From Heterodontus francisci (taxonomy: Eukaryota), in assembly GCF_036365525.1 (NCBI RefSeq), contig NC_090404.1, positions 10,106,001-10,170,000 on the forward strand: a stretch of 64,000 nucleotides of DNA, given 5' to 3'. Positions 49,061-61,899 of the stretch are shown here, in pieces (the stretch's first letter is position 1; each line of letters starts with the position of its first letter). The position numbers and the translations under genes were made by a program. The notes beneath the pieces are model-generated. The model was not told the origin of the DNA, searched no databases, and worked only from the letters and a program-made list of their open reading frames with translations.

Positions 49061-52000
49061 AGAGGTACGGTCAAGTGCAGTAACAAGTGAGACAGGACCT
49101 GTTGTGATAGGAACAGATATATGGGCTAGTACAATAATAAACAGAGACTGGATTTGGTGTGAAATTAATAAAAAATATGGGCTCGTGCAGTATTAACAGA
49201 GACAGAACCTGGTTTAATAAAAATAGAGATATGGACTAGTGCAGAAATAACAGAGACGGAATCTGGTCAAATATAAACAGAGATATAAATCAGTGCAGTA
49301 ATAAAAGAGGTAGGACCTGGTGTAATGTAAACAGAGATGTGGGGGAGTGCAGAAATAACAGAGACAGAATCTGGTCAAATATAAACAGAGATATGGACTA
49401 GTGCAGAAATAACAGAGACGGAATCTGGTCAAAAATAAACAGAGATATGGACTAGTGCAGTAATAAAAGAGACAGGTCCTGGTGTAATGTAAACAGAGAT
49501 GTGGGGGAGTGCAGAAATAACAGAGACGGAATCTGGTCAAAAATAAACAGAGATATGGACTAGTGCAGTAATAAAAGAGACAGGACCTGATGTAATGTAA
49601 ACGGAGATATGGACTAGTGCAGAAATAAAAGAGACAGGTCCTGGTGTAATGTAAACAGAGATGTGGGGGAGTGCAGAAATAAAAGAGACGGAATCTGGTC
49701 AAAAATAAACAGAGATATGGACTAGTGCAGTAATAAAAGAGACAGGACCTGGTGTAATGTAAACGGAGATATGGACTAGTGCAGTAATAAAAGAGACAGG
49801 ACCTGGTGTAATGTAAACAGAGATGTGGGCGAGTGCAGAAATAACAGAGACGGAATCTGGTCAAAAATAAACAGAGATATGGACTAGTGCAGTAATAAAA
49901 GAGACAGGTCCTGGTGTAATGTAAACAGAGATATGGACTAGTGCAGAAATAACAGAGACAGGTCCTGGTGTAATGTAAACAGAGATGTGGGCTAGTGCCG
50001 TAATAAAAGAGACAGGTCCTGGTGTAATGTAAACGGAGATATGGACTAGTGCAGAAATAACAGAGACAGGTCCTGGTGTAATGTAAACAGAGATGTGGGG
50101 GAGTGCAGAAATAACAGAGACGGAATCTGGTCAAAAATAAACAGAGATATGGACTAGTGCAGTAATAAAAGAGACAGGTCCTGGTGTAATGTAAACAGAG
50201 ATGTGGGCGAGTGCAGAAATAACAGAGACGGAATCTGGTCAAAAATAAACAGAGATATGGACTAGTGCAGTAATAAAAGAGACAGGTCCTGGTGTAATGT
50301 AAACAGAGATGTGGGCTAGTGCCGTAATAAAAGAGACAGGTCCTGGTGTAATGTAAACGGAGATATGGACTAGTGCAGAAATAACAGAGATAGAATCTGG
50401 TCAAATATAAACAGAGATATAAATCAGTGCAGTAATAAAAGAGGTAGGACCTGGTGTAATGTAAACAGAGATATGGACTAGTGCAGAAATAACAGAGACA
50501 GAATCTGGTCAAATATAAACAGAGATATGGATTAGTGCAGTAATAAAAGAGACAGGACCTGATGTAATGTAAACGGAGATATGGACTAGTGCAGAAATAA
50601 AAGAGACAGGTCCTGGTGTAATGTAAACAGAGATGTGGGGGAGTGCAGAAATAAAAGAGACGGAATCTGGTCAAAAATAAACAGAGATATGGACTAGTGC
50701 AGTAATAAAAGAGACAGGTCCTGGTGTAATGTAAACAGAGATATGGACTAGTGCAGAAATAACAGAGACAGGTCCTGGTGTAATGTAAACAGAGATGTGG
50801 GCTAGTGCCGTAATAAAAGAGACAGGTCTTGGTGTAATGTAAACGGAGATATGGACTAGTGCAGAAATAACAGAGACAGGTCCTGGTGTAATGTAAACAG
50901 AGATGTGGGGGAGTGCAGAAATAACAGAGACGGAATCTGGTCAAAAATAAACAGAGATATGGACTAGTGCAGTAATAAAAGAGACAGGTCCTGGTGTAAT
51001 GTAAACAGAGATGTGGGCGAGTGCAGAAATAACAGAGACGGAATCTGGTCAAAAATAAACAGAGATATGGACTAGTGCAGTAATAAAAGAGACAGGTCCT
51101 GGTGTAATGTAAACAGAGATGTGGGCTAGTGCCGTAATAAAAGAGACAGGTCCTGGTGTAATGTAAACGGAGATATGGACTAGTGCAGAAATAACAGAGA
51201 TAGAATCTGGTCAAATATAAACAGAGATATAAATCAGTGCAGTAATAAAAGAGGTAGGACCTGGTGTAATGTAAACAGAGATATGGACTAGTGCAGAAAT
51301 AACAGAGACAGAATCTGGTCAAATATAAACAGAGATATGGATTAGTGCAGTAATAAAAGAGACAGGACCTGATGTAATGTAAACGGAGATATGGACTAGT
51401 GCAGAAATAAAAGAGACAGGTCCTGGTGTAATGTAAACAGAGATGTGGGGGAGTGCAGAAATAAAAGAGACGGAATCTGGTCAAAAATAAACAGAGATAT
51501 GGACTAGTGCAGTAATAAAAGAGACAGGACCTGGTGTAATGTAAACGGAGATATGGACTAGTGCAGTAATAAAAGAGACAGGACCTGGTGTAATGTAAAC
51601 AGAGATGTGGGCGAGTGCAGAAATAACAGAGACGGAATCTGGTCAAAAATAAACAGAGATATGGACTAGTGCAGTAATAAAAGAGACAGGTCCTGGTGTA
51701 ATGTAAACAGAGATATGGACTAGTGCAGAAATAACAGAGACAGGTCCTGGTGTAATGTAAACAGAGATGTGGGCTAGTGCCGTAATAAAAGAGACAGGTC
51801 CTGGTGTAATGTAAACGGAGATATGGACTAGTGCAGAAATAACAGAGACAGGTCCTGGTGTAATGTAAACAGAGATGTGGGGGAGTGCAGAAATAACAGA
51901 GACGGAATCTGGTCAAAAATAAACAGAGATATGGACTAGTGCAGTAATAAAAGAGACAGGTCCTGGTGTAATGTAAACAGAGATGTGGGCGAGTGCAGAA

Positions 52001-53210
52001 ATAACAGAGACGGAATCTGGTCAAAAATAAACAGAGATATGGACTAGTGCAGTAATAAAAGAGACAGGTCCTGGTGTAATGTAAACAGAGATGTGGGCTA
52101 GTGCCGTAATAAAAGAGACAGGTCCTGGTGTAATGTAAACGGAGATATGGACTAGTGCAGAAATAACAGAGATAGAATCTGGTCAAATATAAACAGAGAT
52201 ATAAATCAGTGCAGTAATAAAAGAGGTAGGACCTGGTGTAATGTAAACAGAGATATGGACTAGTGCAGAAATAACAGAGACAGAATCTGGTCAAATATAA
52301 ACAGAGATATGGATTAGTGCAGTAATAAAAGAGACAGGACCTGGTGTAATGTAAACAGAGATGTGGGCGAGTGCAGAAATAAAAGAGACAGGTCCTGGTG
52401 TAATGTAAACAGAGATGTGGGCGAGTGCAGAAATAACAGAGACGGAATCTGGTCAAAAATAAACAGAGATATGGACTAGTGCAGTAATAAAAGAGACAGG
52501 TCCTGGTGTAATGTAAACAGAGATGTGGGCGAGTGCAGAAATAACAGAGACGGAATCTGGTCAAAAATAAACAGAGATATGGACTAGTGCAGTAATAAAA
52601 GAGACAGGACCTGGTGTAATGTAAACGGAGATATGGACTAGTGCAGAAATAAAAGAGACAGGTCCTGGTGTAATGTAAACAGAGATGTGGGGGAGTGCAG
52701 AAATAACAGAGACGGAATCTGGTCAAAAATAAACAGAGATATGGACTAGTGCAGTAATAAAAGAGACAGGACCTGGTGTAATGTTAGCAGAGATATGGAC
52801 TAGTGCAGTAATAAAAGAGACAGGACCTGGTGTAATGTAAACGGAGATGTGGGCTAGTGCCGTAATAAAAGAGACAGGTCCTGGTGTAATGTAAACGGAG
52901 ATGTGGGCTAGTGCAGAAATAACAGAGACAGAATCTGGTCAAATATAAACAAAGATATGGACTAGTGCAGTAATAAAAGAGACAGGACCTGGTGTAATGT
53001 AAACGGAGATGTGGGCTAGTGCCGTAATAAAAGAGACAGAATCTGGTCAAATATAAACAAAGATATGGACTAGTGCAGTAATAAAAGAGACAGGACCTGG
53101 TGTAATGTAAACAGAGATGTGGGCTAGTGCCATAATAAAAGAGACAGGTCCTGGTGTAATGTAAACGGAGATATGGACTAGTGCAGAAATAACAGAGACA
53201 GGTCCTAAGG
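49060..53210 (+). repeat. 54-bp (2 x 27) tandem minisatellite array, about 75 units, with higher-order structure
   Basis: Unit ggactagtgcagtaataaaagagacaggtcctggtgtaatgtaaacagagatat; the variant marker aaatcagtgc recurs at exact multiples of 54. Confidence 0.97.
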
Positions 53211-53324
53211 TGAAACTAGAAAAAATATGTCTTTCTTTAATAATATTTGAAACAACATCTGAGGTGATAATAGTGCTTCTCTCAGAGGGACTAAAAATAA
53301 TCTGTTTCTTCTTCTCCTTCTGCA

Positions 53325-53720
53325 GCTGTTCGCTATGTCTCAGTTGGTAACACTCTCACCTCTGAGTTATAACCTTTTGGGTTCAAGACCCACTCCATGG
53401 CTTGAACATGCAAATGAAGGCTGACACTTTAGTGCAGTAGCGAGGGTGCGCTGCATTGCCGGAGGTGTTGTATTTCAGATGAGATATTAAACCGAGGTCC
53501 TATCAGTTGCTCGGGTGGATATAATAGATACCATGGTCCTATTTGGGAGAAGAGCAAGGGAGTTATCCCCAGTGCCCTGGTCAATTTTTATCATTTAAGT
53601 GGCTTCTGCGTTTTCTCCATTACAACAGTGACTGCACTTCAAAAGTACTTCATTGGCTGTGAAGCGTTTTGAAACTTCCATTGGTTGTGAAAGTCACTTG
53701 CAGTGCAAGTCTTTCTTTTT
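53325..53720 (+). mobile_element. tRNA-headed SINE, probably DeuSINE/SacSINE type
   Basis: ctcagttggtaacactctc...gggttcaagacccactcc head and tcagatgagatattaaaccgaggtcc core (family name from recall). Confidence 0.55.
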
Positions 53721-53777
53721 TTTCTTTTTTGCAGTCGCCGTGTTACACAGAAACATAGGGGCTGGATCTGACAGTTC

Positions 53778-54285
53778 AAGAACAAAGAACAAAGAACAAA
53801 GATAATTACAGCACAGGAACAGGCCCTTCGGCCCTCCAAGCCTGCGCCGATCCAGATCCTCTCTCTAAACATGTTGCCTATTTTCTAAGGTTCTGTATCT
53901 CTTTTCTTCCTGCCCATTCATGTATCTGTCTAGATACATCTTAAAAGACGCCATCGTGCCCGCACCTACCACCTCCGCTGGCAACGCATTCCAGGCACCC
54001 ACCACCCTCTGCGTAAAGAACTTTCCACGCATATCCCCCCTAAACTTTTCCCCTTTCACTTTGAACTCGTGTCCTCTAGTAATTGAATCCCCCACTCTGG
54101 GAAAAAGCCTCTTGCTATCCACCCTGTCTATACCTCTCATGATTTTGTACACCTCAATCAGGTCCCCCCTCAACCTCCGTCTTTCTAATGAAAATAATCC
54201 TAATCTACTCAACCTCTCTTCATAGCTAGCGCCCTCCATACCAGGCAACATCCTGGTGAACCTCCTCTGCACCCTCTCCAAAGCA
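53778..54285 (-). mobile_element. CR1 3' fragment with (aagaaca)n tail
   Basis: ERVQRRFTRMLPG...FFTQRVVGAWNALP. Confidence 0.9.
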
Positions 54286-55939
54286 TCTCCAAAGTTCATC
54301 GAAACCAATGTTTTAAATCTTCTGTTTAAGGCACATTATGACTGAAAAGATAAAACTCCAAAACCTCACCAGAGGATAATTCAATGTTCACAAAAATGAG
54401 CGATCTGTCCAATTAATCACATTCCTCATAACGCTGCCAATTTGCTCCCCGCCAGGTATTTATCCAATTCCCCCTGAAAGTTACTGTTCAAACTGCTTCC
54501 AGCCTCCTTTCAGTGTGTGCATTCCAGATCACAACAAATCGCTGCGTTAAAACAAAATATCTTCTCATCTCCCCCTTGGGTTCTGTTGCCAAATATCTTC
54601 AATCTCTGTGTGCTCTGGTTACAAACTCTCCTGCTATTGGAAACAGTTTATTTACTGTATTAAAAATCCTTCCTGATTTTGCACACCTCTATTAAATCAC
54701 CCCTTCGCCTTGTCTGCTCTAAGGAGGACAACCCCTGTTTCTCCTTACATAATGGATCAAAATCCTTCATTGTTTTGTACTTTTCTATTAAATAGGAACA
54801 CACAAATGGAGAGAGATACACGAGAACGAGAGAAAGACTGAGAGAAAAACAGAGAGACTTTTAAAAAGGCAGAAACAGGAGGCGGTGAGCAATAAAAGCT
54901 GAGAAATAGAGGGAACAAGGAACACACAGAGAGAATGATATAAAATGAAAGGGAGCAAACCACCAGCTCCCGGCTTCAGAGAGCAGAGGGAGCTCAGTGG
55001 CTGATCCACAGACACTGCCAGTTATGTCCGAGAATGGAGACTCGAAATAGAAACAAAGGGTTAATTTGCAAATGTAACCACAATGTGATCTGTGTGACTC
55101 TGCACCGACTCTGTGGACAGATATAGGCCGCCTTGGCCAATGTTTCCACCAGATTGTGGCCCCTGGATTTATTTTCTGCTCAGAAGTGAAATGTGCGGTT
55201 TAGAACCGGCAGCAGAAAAACAGGAAGTTGTTTTGCCTGAGAATGAAATAGCAGCTGTCAGTTTCATGTTATCACCATGAACAGTCTTCCTGCCTGTGAG
55301 GATGGATTCACTCTGACAGCACCAAGAACCAGCACAAAGATTACTTCTGGTCTTAACATTGCATTTGTGATGAAACATAGGTATAATAAGGTTAATTAGA
55401 TAGAATTTAGATTTAATTAATACATTATACCTTTTAGATTTAAAGATTGAATAAACGGTCAGTTTTCAAGACTCACTGAAATTCCCTTTAAAGGACAGAG
55501 TTACAAATCCACAAACATCCCTGTTCTGATAAAATGTGAACCGGAAACACCTTTTAAGTTGAAAATCTATTCCAAGGACTTCCAAGGTCTCTGCTACAAT
55601 GAAACACACTGAGACATCTTATGTGAGGTCAGTACTGACAACTATAAACTTAATTAATTGATAGAGTTAGTGATATAGACAAACTGACTCAAGAGGATGG
55701 TACAAGGTACCATAAAAAGGCAATTACAGATGGTAAGTTACAAAATGAAATAGTACTTACAAAAACAGATACCAAGTAAACACAATTACAAACATTTTGA
55801 CCAGATAAAAGCTCACAACTTCAAGAAAAGGTAATTTCCAGCAAATAAACTAAATGGGAATGGTAGCTAATGATATTACCATATATGGATATCAAAAGCA
55901 GGAAAAACACACAGAGAAAGGTCACACCTACATTCTAAA

Positions 55940-56250
55940 AGGCGCAGTGGTTAGCACCGCAGCCTCACAGCTCCAGCGACCCGGGTTCAATTCTGGGTAC
56001 TGCCTGTGCGGAGTTTGCAAATTCTCCTTGTGTCTGCCGGGTGCTCTGGTTTCCTCCTACTTCCACTTGCAGGTTGATAGGTAAATTGACCATTGCAAAT
56101 TGCCCCTAGTGTAGGTAGGTGGTAGGAGAATGGTGGGGATGTGGTAGAGAATATGGGGTTGATGTAGGATTAGTATAAATGGGTGGTTGTTGGTCGGCAC
56201 AGACTTGGTGGGCCGAAGGACCTGTTTCAGTGCTGTATCTCAAAATAAAA
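55940..56250 (+). mobile_element. HE1-like SINE
   Basis: ggcgcagtggttagcaccgc...gggttcaattc...gggccgaaggacctgtttcagtgctgtatc. Confidence 0.8.
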
Positions 56251-57119
56251 TAAATGGGATGATAGATTAGAAACAGTATAAGCATGAGAGTTTTGAATCA
56301 AAAACCCAGAAATATTGAATTCCGCATCTATGCTTCTCAACCTATGGCTGACTACATGACAAGAGAATTCTGCTCTTAACTGAGAATGTTTTGTCTTGTT
56401 AAGCAGGAAGGCTTACTCGAGGAATTCAAGGTAAAGGTTAACTTTAAATGTTGATGGATATTCTAGGATACTTTGTTGTAATATTGTCAAGGTGGAACTT
56501 TTGGATTCTATTTTAGAAATAAGATTATGTTTGATATCTCTGAATAATCTTTGATGTTGTAATATATTTAGCTGCTTAAAATGTATTGTATGTTCAACTT
56601 TTTAAAAGTTAATAAATCGTCTCATGTAGCATTCGGTATACAACTACAAGAACCCCCTCTCTGGGTCTCCTTAAGTGGGGAGATAATTATTGAAGAGAGT
56701 TTCCCAGACCCTATAATATCTGGGATATTTATAACTTGGCTATAATTATTTTAAAATATATAGCCTTTCCGAAAGATAGCAATATTCTCTGTTAGTTTTC
56801 TTTCTTTGAGGGAAGACTAGTTCAATTCTTCAGACCCAAACAAGTGGCTGTAGGAATATGTCTACTGTACTTAATTAAAGGAGACTCATAGGGATGTACG
56901 TTTGATTTGGTTCAGTCCCTATAAGGGGTTAAAGTTAGAAATCACTTCACATTCACCTCCATCTACATTTTACAGAGTAAAACACATGAATTTATTTAGG
57001 TTTTAACACATTTCCTGAAGGGGAGATGGATTGAGGAGAAATGAGGAGAAATTAACAAAATGGATTTTCCCCAAAGACAATTATTAGAAAATAGGAGATT
57101 TTAAGAGAGTCAGAGTCTG

Positions 57120-57120
57120 T

Positions 57121-57166
<46 letters not shown>

Positions 57167-57795
57167 AGTTTCAGTGAGCAAAGTCGGCGAGAGCAGAGAA
57201 AGGTTCAATAAGTTTGGGTGCTGAGAGAGGAGAGAAGTTCAGTGAGTTCAGCCTGAGAGAGAGGAGAGAGGTTCAGTGAGTTCAGTCTGAGAGAGAGGAG
57301 AGAGGTTCAGTGAGTTCAGTCTGGGAGAGATAAGTGAGTTTGGTGACAGACCTGCTCACCTGGGTAACGGAATGTTATGAGATCAGTTTTCTAACCAAGA
57401 GTACACAAAAGAATGGATTGTGAATATTTTTTATAGTTATTAAACGAGATGCAATGTTATTACGTCTTGAATAAATTGAAATTGAATAAAATGCTGAAAA
57501 ACACTTAGTGGACATAATCACTTATCTTTGTGCAATGCATTGCAAGCATTAAGAATTATGTGTTCGAGGCATGCTGTACCCACACACGAACACACACTAC
57601 ATACACACACTACACACACACAAACATACACACACGCACATACCTTACACACAGCAACCCACAGAGCACACACACACACAAACACACATAACCCCCACAC
57701 ACAGCAACCCACAAGCACACCCAGACGCATACACAAACACATACACATACACGCAAAGCCCCACACACACGCAAACGCAGGCACACACATAGAAA
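57120..57795. repeat. (GA)n microsatellite, ~32-bp GA-rich repeats and CA-rich tract
   Basis: Direct inspection. Confidence 0.85.
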
Positions 57796-58479
57796 GCATT
57801 TTGTGGGAGATGGTTTCAGTTGCACCTCTTAACCAGTTGAGAGATATATAATTGGGTGTACATTAGGACCTTACGGTAGCCAATCTGGTGGTGCTGTGAG
57901 GACACGGTTCCAGATCTAGACTCTGCCCAACATAAGCAGTGGGTCAGGCGAAAGTTAAATAAAAAATCCTGCAGAAAAAATCCTCAACATTAAAAAACTG
58001 TCAGCAAAGAACACAGTATAAAACAAGTATGAATTAGTAAATTTTAACATAACAGAGCTTGAAACTAAGTCGTGTAAAATGCAGTGCACTATTGCTCACC
58101 TTTAGTCCTGTCCCTCAATTTCTGGGAGATGGTTACAAGATTCATTCCATCCTTTCAACACAAATATTACCCACATAATACCGGAGTAATTATAAATTGC
58201 AGACAGCAGCCTTTCAATCAAAATGATTACATCCTCACACTCAAATGTGTATATTTAGTTAATATTAGTATGTACGACTCTCACTGGCTGTCTATCTATC
58301 TATTTGTCGATTAATTTGTTTGTTTATCTATTTGTCTGTTTATCAATCTATCTATCTGTCTGTATGTCTTCTGTCTGTCTGACTATTTAGCGAGCTGTCT
58401 TTCTATCTATCCATCTATCTATCTATCTATCTATCTATCTGTCTGTCTATCTATCTGTCTGTCTGACTGTCTATAATAA

Positions 58480-60970
58480 AATAAGAAATAGGAGCAGGAG
58501 TAGGCCATTTGGCACCTCGAGATAGCTCTGTCATTCAATTAGAATATGGCTGATCTGATCGTGGCCTTAACTCCACTTTCCTGCCTTACCCCCATAACCA
58601 TTGACTCTCTTGCAGATCAAAAAAATTGTCTAACTTAACTTTGAATGACTCAGCCTCCACTGCCCTCTGGGGAAGAGAATTGCAAACACTAACGACCCTC
58701 TGAGAGAAGAAATTCCTCTTCACCTTCGTCTTAAATAGGAGACCCCTTATTTTGAAAATGTGTCCCCTAGTTCTAGATTCCTCCATGAGGGTAATATCCT
58801 CTCATCATCTACCCTGTTAAATTCCCTCAGCATCGTATATGTTTCAATAAGATCACCTCTCATTCTTCTAAACTCCAATGAGTTTAGGTCCAACCTGTTC
58901 GAACTTTCCTCATAAGACAACCCCTTCATCCCAGGAATCAGCCTAGTGCAACTTCTCTGAACTGCTTCCAATGCAAGTAAGGAGATCAGAACTGTATGGA
59001 GTACAGCAGGTGCGATCTCACCAATGCTCTGTAAAGTTGTAGCAATACGTCCCTACTTTTATACTCTCTCCCCCTTGCAATAAACACCAACGTTCCATTT
59101 GCCTTCCTTATTACTTGCTGTATCTGCATGCTAACTTTTTGTGATTCATGTACAAGGACACTCGGATCCCTCTGTACCGCAGTATTCTGCAGTATGTCTC
59201 TATTTAAGTAATATTCTGCTTTTCTATTCTTCCTGCCAAAGTGGAAAACCTCGCATTTTCCCACATTATACTCGATCTGCCAATTTTTTCCCACTCAATT
59301 AACCTATCTATATCTCTTTACAGACAGTTTGTGTCCTCTTCACAACTTGCTTTCCTACCTATCTTGGTATTGCCCGCAAGTGTGGCTATGATACACTTGG
59401 TCCCTTCATCCAAGTCATTAACTGTAAATAGTTGAGGTTCCAGCACTGATCCCTGTGGCACTCCACTAGTTACGGTTTGGCAACCTGAAAATGCCCATTT
59501 CTCACGGCTCTCTGTTTCCTGTTAGTTAGCCAATCCTCTATCTACGCTAATATATTACCCCCAATGCGGTGAGGTCTCACCTTGTGTAGTAACCTTTTGT
59601 GTGGCACCTTATCGAATGCCTTTTGGAAATCCAAATACGCCACATCTATTGGTTCCCTTTTATCCACTCTGCTTGTTATATCCTAAAAGAACTCGAATAA
59701 ATTTGTCAAACACGATTTCCTTTCATAAAACCAGGTTGACTCTGCCTAATTGCATTATGGGGTCATAGAGTCATAACGACACAGAAGGAGACAATTAGAC
59801 CCATCGAGTCCATACTGGTTTTCTGTAGACAAATCCAATCAGTCCCGTTTACTAGCTCTACCAATGTAGCCCTGCAAATTTAGTTCCCTCCAGTGCCCAT
59901 CCAATTTCATTTTGAAATCATTCATCATCTCTGCTTCCACCACTCTCATAGGCAGTAGATTCCAGGTCATTACCACTCGATGTGTAAAGAAGTTCTTCTT
60001 CATACATCCCCTGCATCTCTTGCCCAAAACCTTAAATCTGTATCCCCTAGTCCTTGTACCATCAGCTAATGGGAACAGATTTTTCTTTGTCTGCTCTATC
60101 CAAACCTGTCATAATCTTGTACACCTCTATCAAATCTCCCCTCAATCTTCTTTGCTCCAAGGAGAACAACCCCAGATTCTCCAAACTAACCTTGTAGCTA
60201 AAATTTATCCTTTGTGGTAAATCTCCTCTGCACCCTCTCAAGGATCATTAGATCATAAGAAATAGGAGCAGGAGTAGGCCATTCGGCCCGTCGAGACTGC
60301 CCCACCATTCAAACTGATCATCTACCTCTATGCCATTTCCCCCCACTATCTCCATAACCCACTGATGCCGTCAGTATTCAAAAATCTATCGATTTCTGCC
60401 TTGAACATGCTCAATGATTGACCCTCACATCCTTCACATCTTTCGTAAAATGTGGTGACCAGAACCGGACGCAATACTCCAGTTGGGGCCTAACCAGAGC
60501 TTTATAAAAGCTCAGCAAAACTTCCCTGCCTTTGTACTCAATACCTCTGTTTATGAAGCCCACGATCCCAAAGGTTTTGCGAATTGTTCTCTCAATATGT
60601 CCTGCCACCTTTAAAGATCTATGCACATGAACTCCAGGTCCCTCTTCCCCGTACACTCTTTAACAATGTAGCATTTAGTCGATATTGTCTCTCCTTATCC
60701 CTTTGCCAAAATTTATTGCCTCTCATTTCTCTGTATTAAATTCCATCTGCCACTGTCCATCCGTTCTGCTCACCTATCTATGTCCTGTTGTAGTTGATTG
60801 ATATCATCCTCACTGTCTGCCAAATGACTTTCTAAATGTCCTGCTACTACTTCCTTAATAATGGTTTCTAGCATTTTCCTAGTGACAAATAATAGGCTAA
60901 GTAGCCTATAGTTTTCTGCTTTCTGTTGCCACACCCCCTTCCACTTTCTTGAATGGAGGTGTTACAATTG
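58480..60970 (-). mobile_element. Nested CR1 LINE fragments flanked by (TCTA)n microsatellite
   Basis: Several CR1 ORF2 C-terminal pieces (KCEVFHFG, LEYCVRFWSP, FFSQRVV) and 3' tails. Confidence 0.88.
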
Positions 60971-60981
60971 CTGTTTTCTTA

Positions 60982-61045
<64 letters not shown>

Positions 61046-61149
61046 CATCTATCTATCTATCTATCCGTCTGTCTGCCTGCCTGTCTGTTTGTCTGTCTAG
61101 TTATTTATCTACCTACCGGTTTTTCTAGCTCGCTGTCCGCCTAGCTATC

Positions 61150-61890
61150 AATATGAGATGTTTTACAGTGCAGCAATGAACAAGATAGGACCTAGTGTAA
61201 TATAAAAAGAGACAGGATAGAGTGCACTCATGACTGAGACAGGGCTGCGTGTAAGATAACTTGAGTCTGGGTCTTGTGCAGTAATAACTGAGACATTGCC
61301 GAGTGTAAAACAAACAGAGACATGGTCTAGTCCATTAGTAATCTAGACATGTTTTAGTGTAATATGGACTCGCACTGGGGTGGCCTAGTGCAATATAAAA
61401 CGAAACATGGCCGTGTCAATATGAAGTGAGTGAGGGCCGACTGTAATATAAACAGAGACATCTTCCAGAGTAATGGAAACACGAATGGTCTATTTTATGA
61501 TAAACAGAGGCACCGGCTAGTGCAGCAAATACTGAGACAGGGCTAAGTGAAGCTAAGAGAGCTCCAGGACCTGGAATAAAAGAAACTGAGACAGGGCATA
61601 GTGCAGAGATTACTGAGACATAGTCTAGATTAATATAAACTGAGACAGGGTCTAGAGCAGGAATTACTGATACAGTGTCGAGATTAATATAAACTGAGAG
61701 AGGGTCTAGAGCAGGAATTACTATTACAGGGCTTGATTAATATAAACTGAGAGAGGAGCTAGAGCAGGGATTGCTGATACAAGGTCTAGATTACAATAAA
61801 TTAAGTCAGGGTCTTGCATAATATAAAGAGAAACATGGTCTAGATTAATATAAACAGAAACGGGATCAAGTGTAATATAAACAGAGACAT
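61150..61890 (+). repeat. Degenerate 27-bp tandem repeats (same family as the 49-53 kb array)
   Basis: tctagattaatataaactgagacaggg-like units. Confidence 0.8.
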
Positions 61891-61899
61891 GGTAAAGAG

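Noticed and set aside
49214-52726. 1170-aa Cys/Tyr-rich ORF
   Set aside because: By-product of a stop-free 54-bp (18-codon) repeat unit; no splice, promoter or domain evidence.
49060-53210. CRISPR-like array or Ig switch region
   Set aside because: No unique spacers and the context is eukaryotic. It is not AGCT/G-rich and not in a J-C intron.
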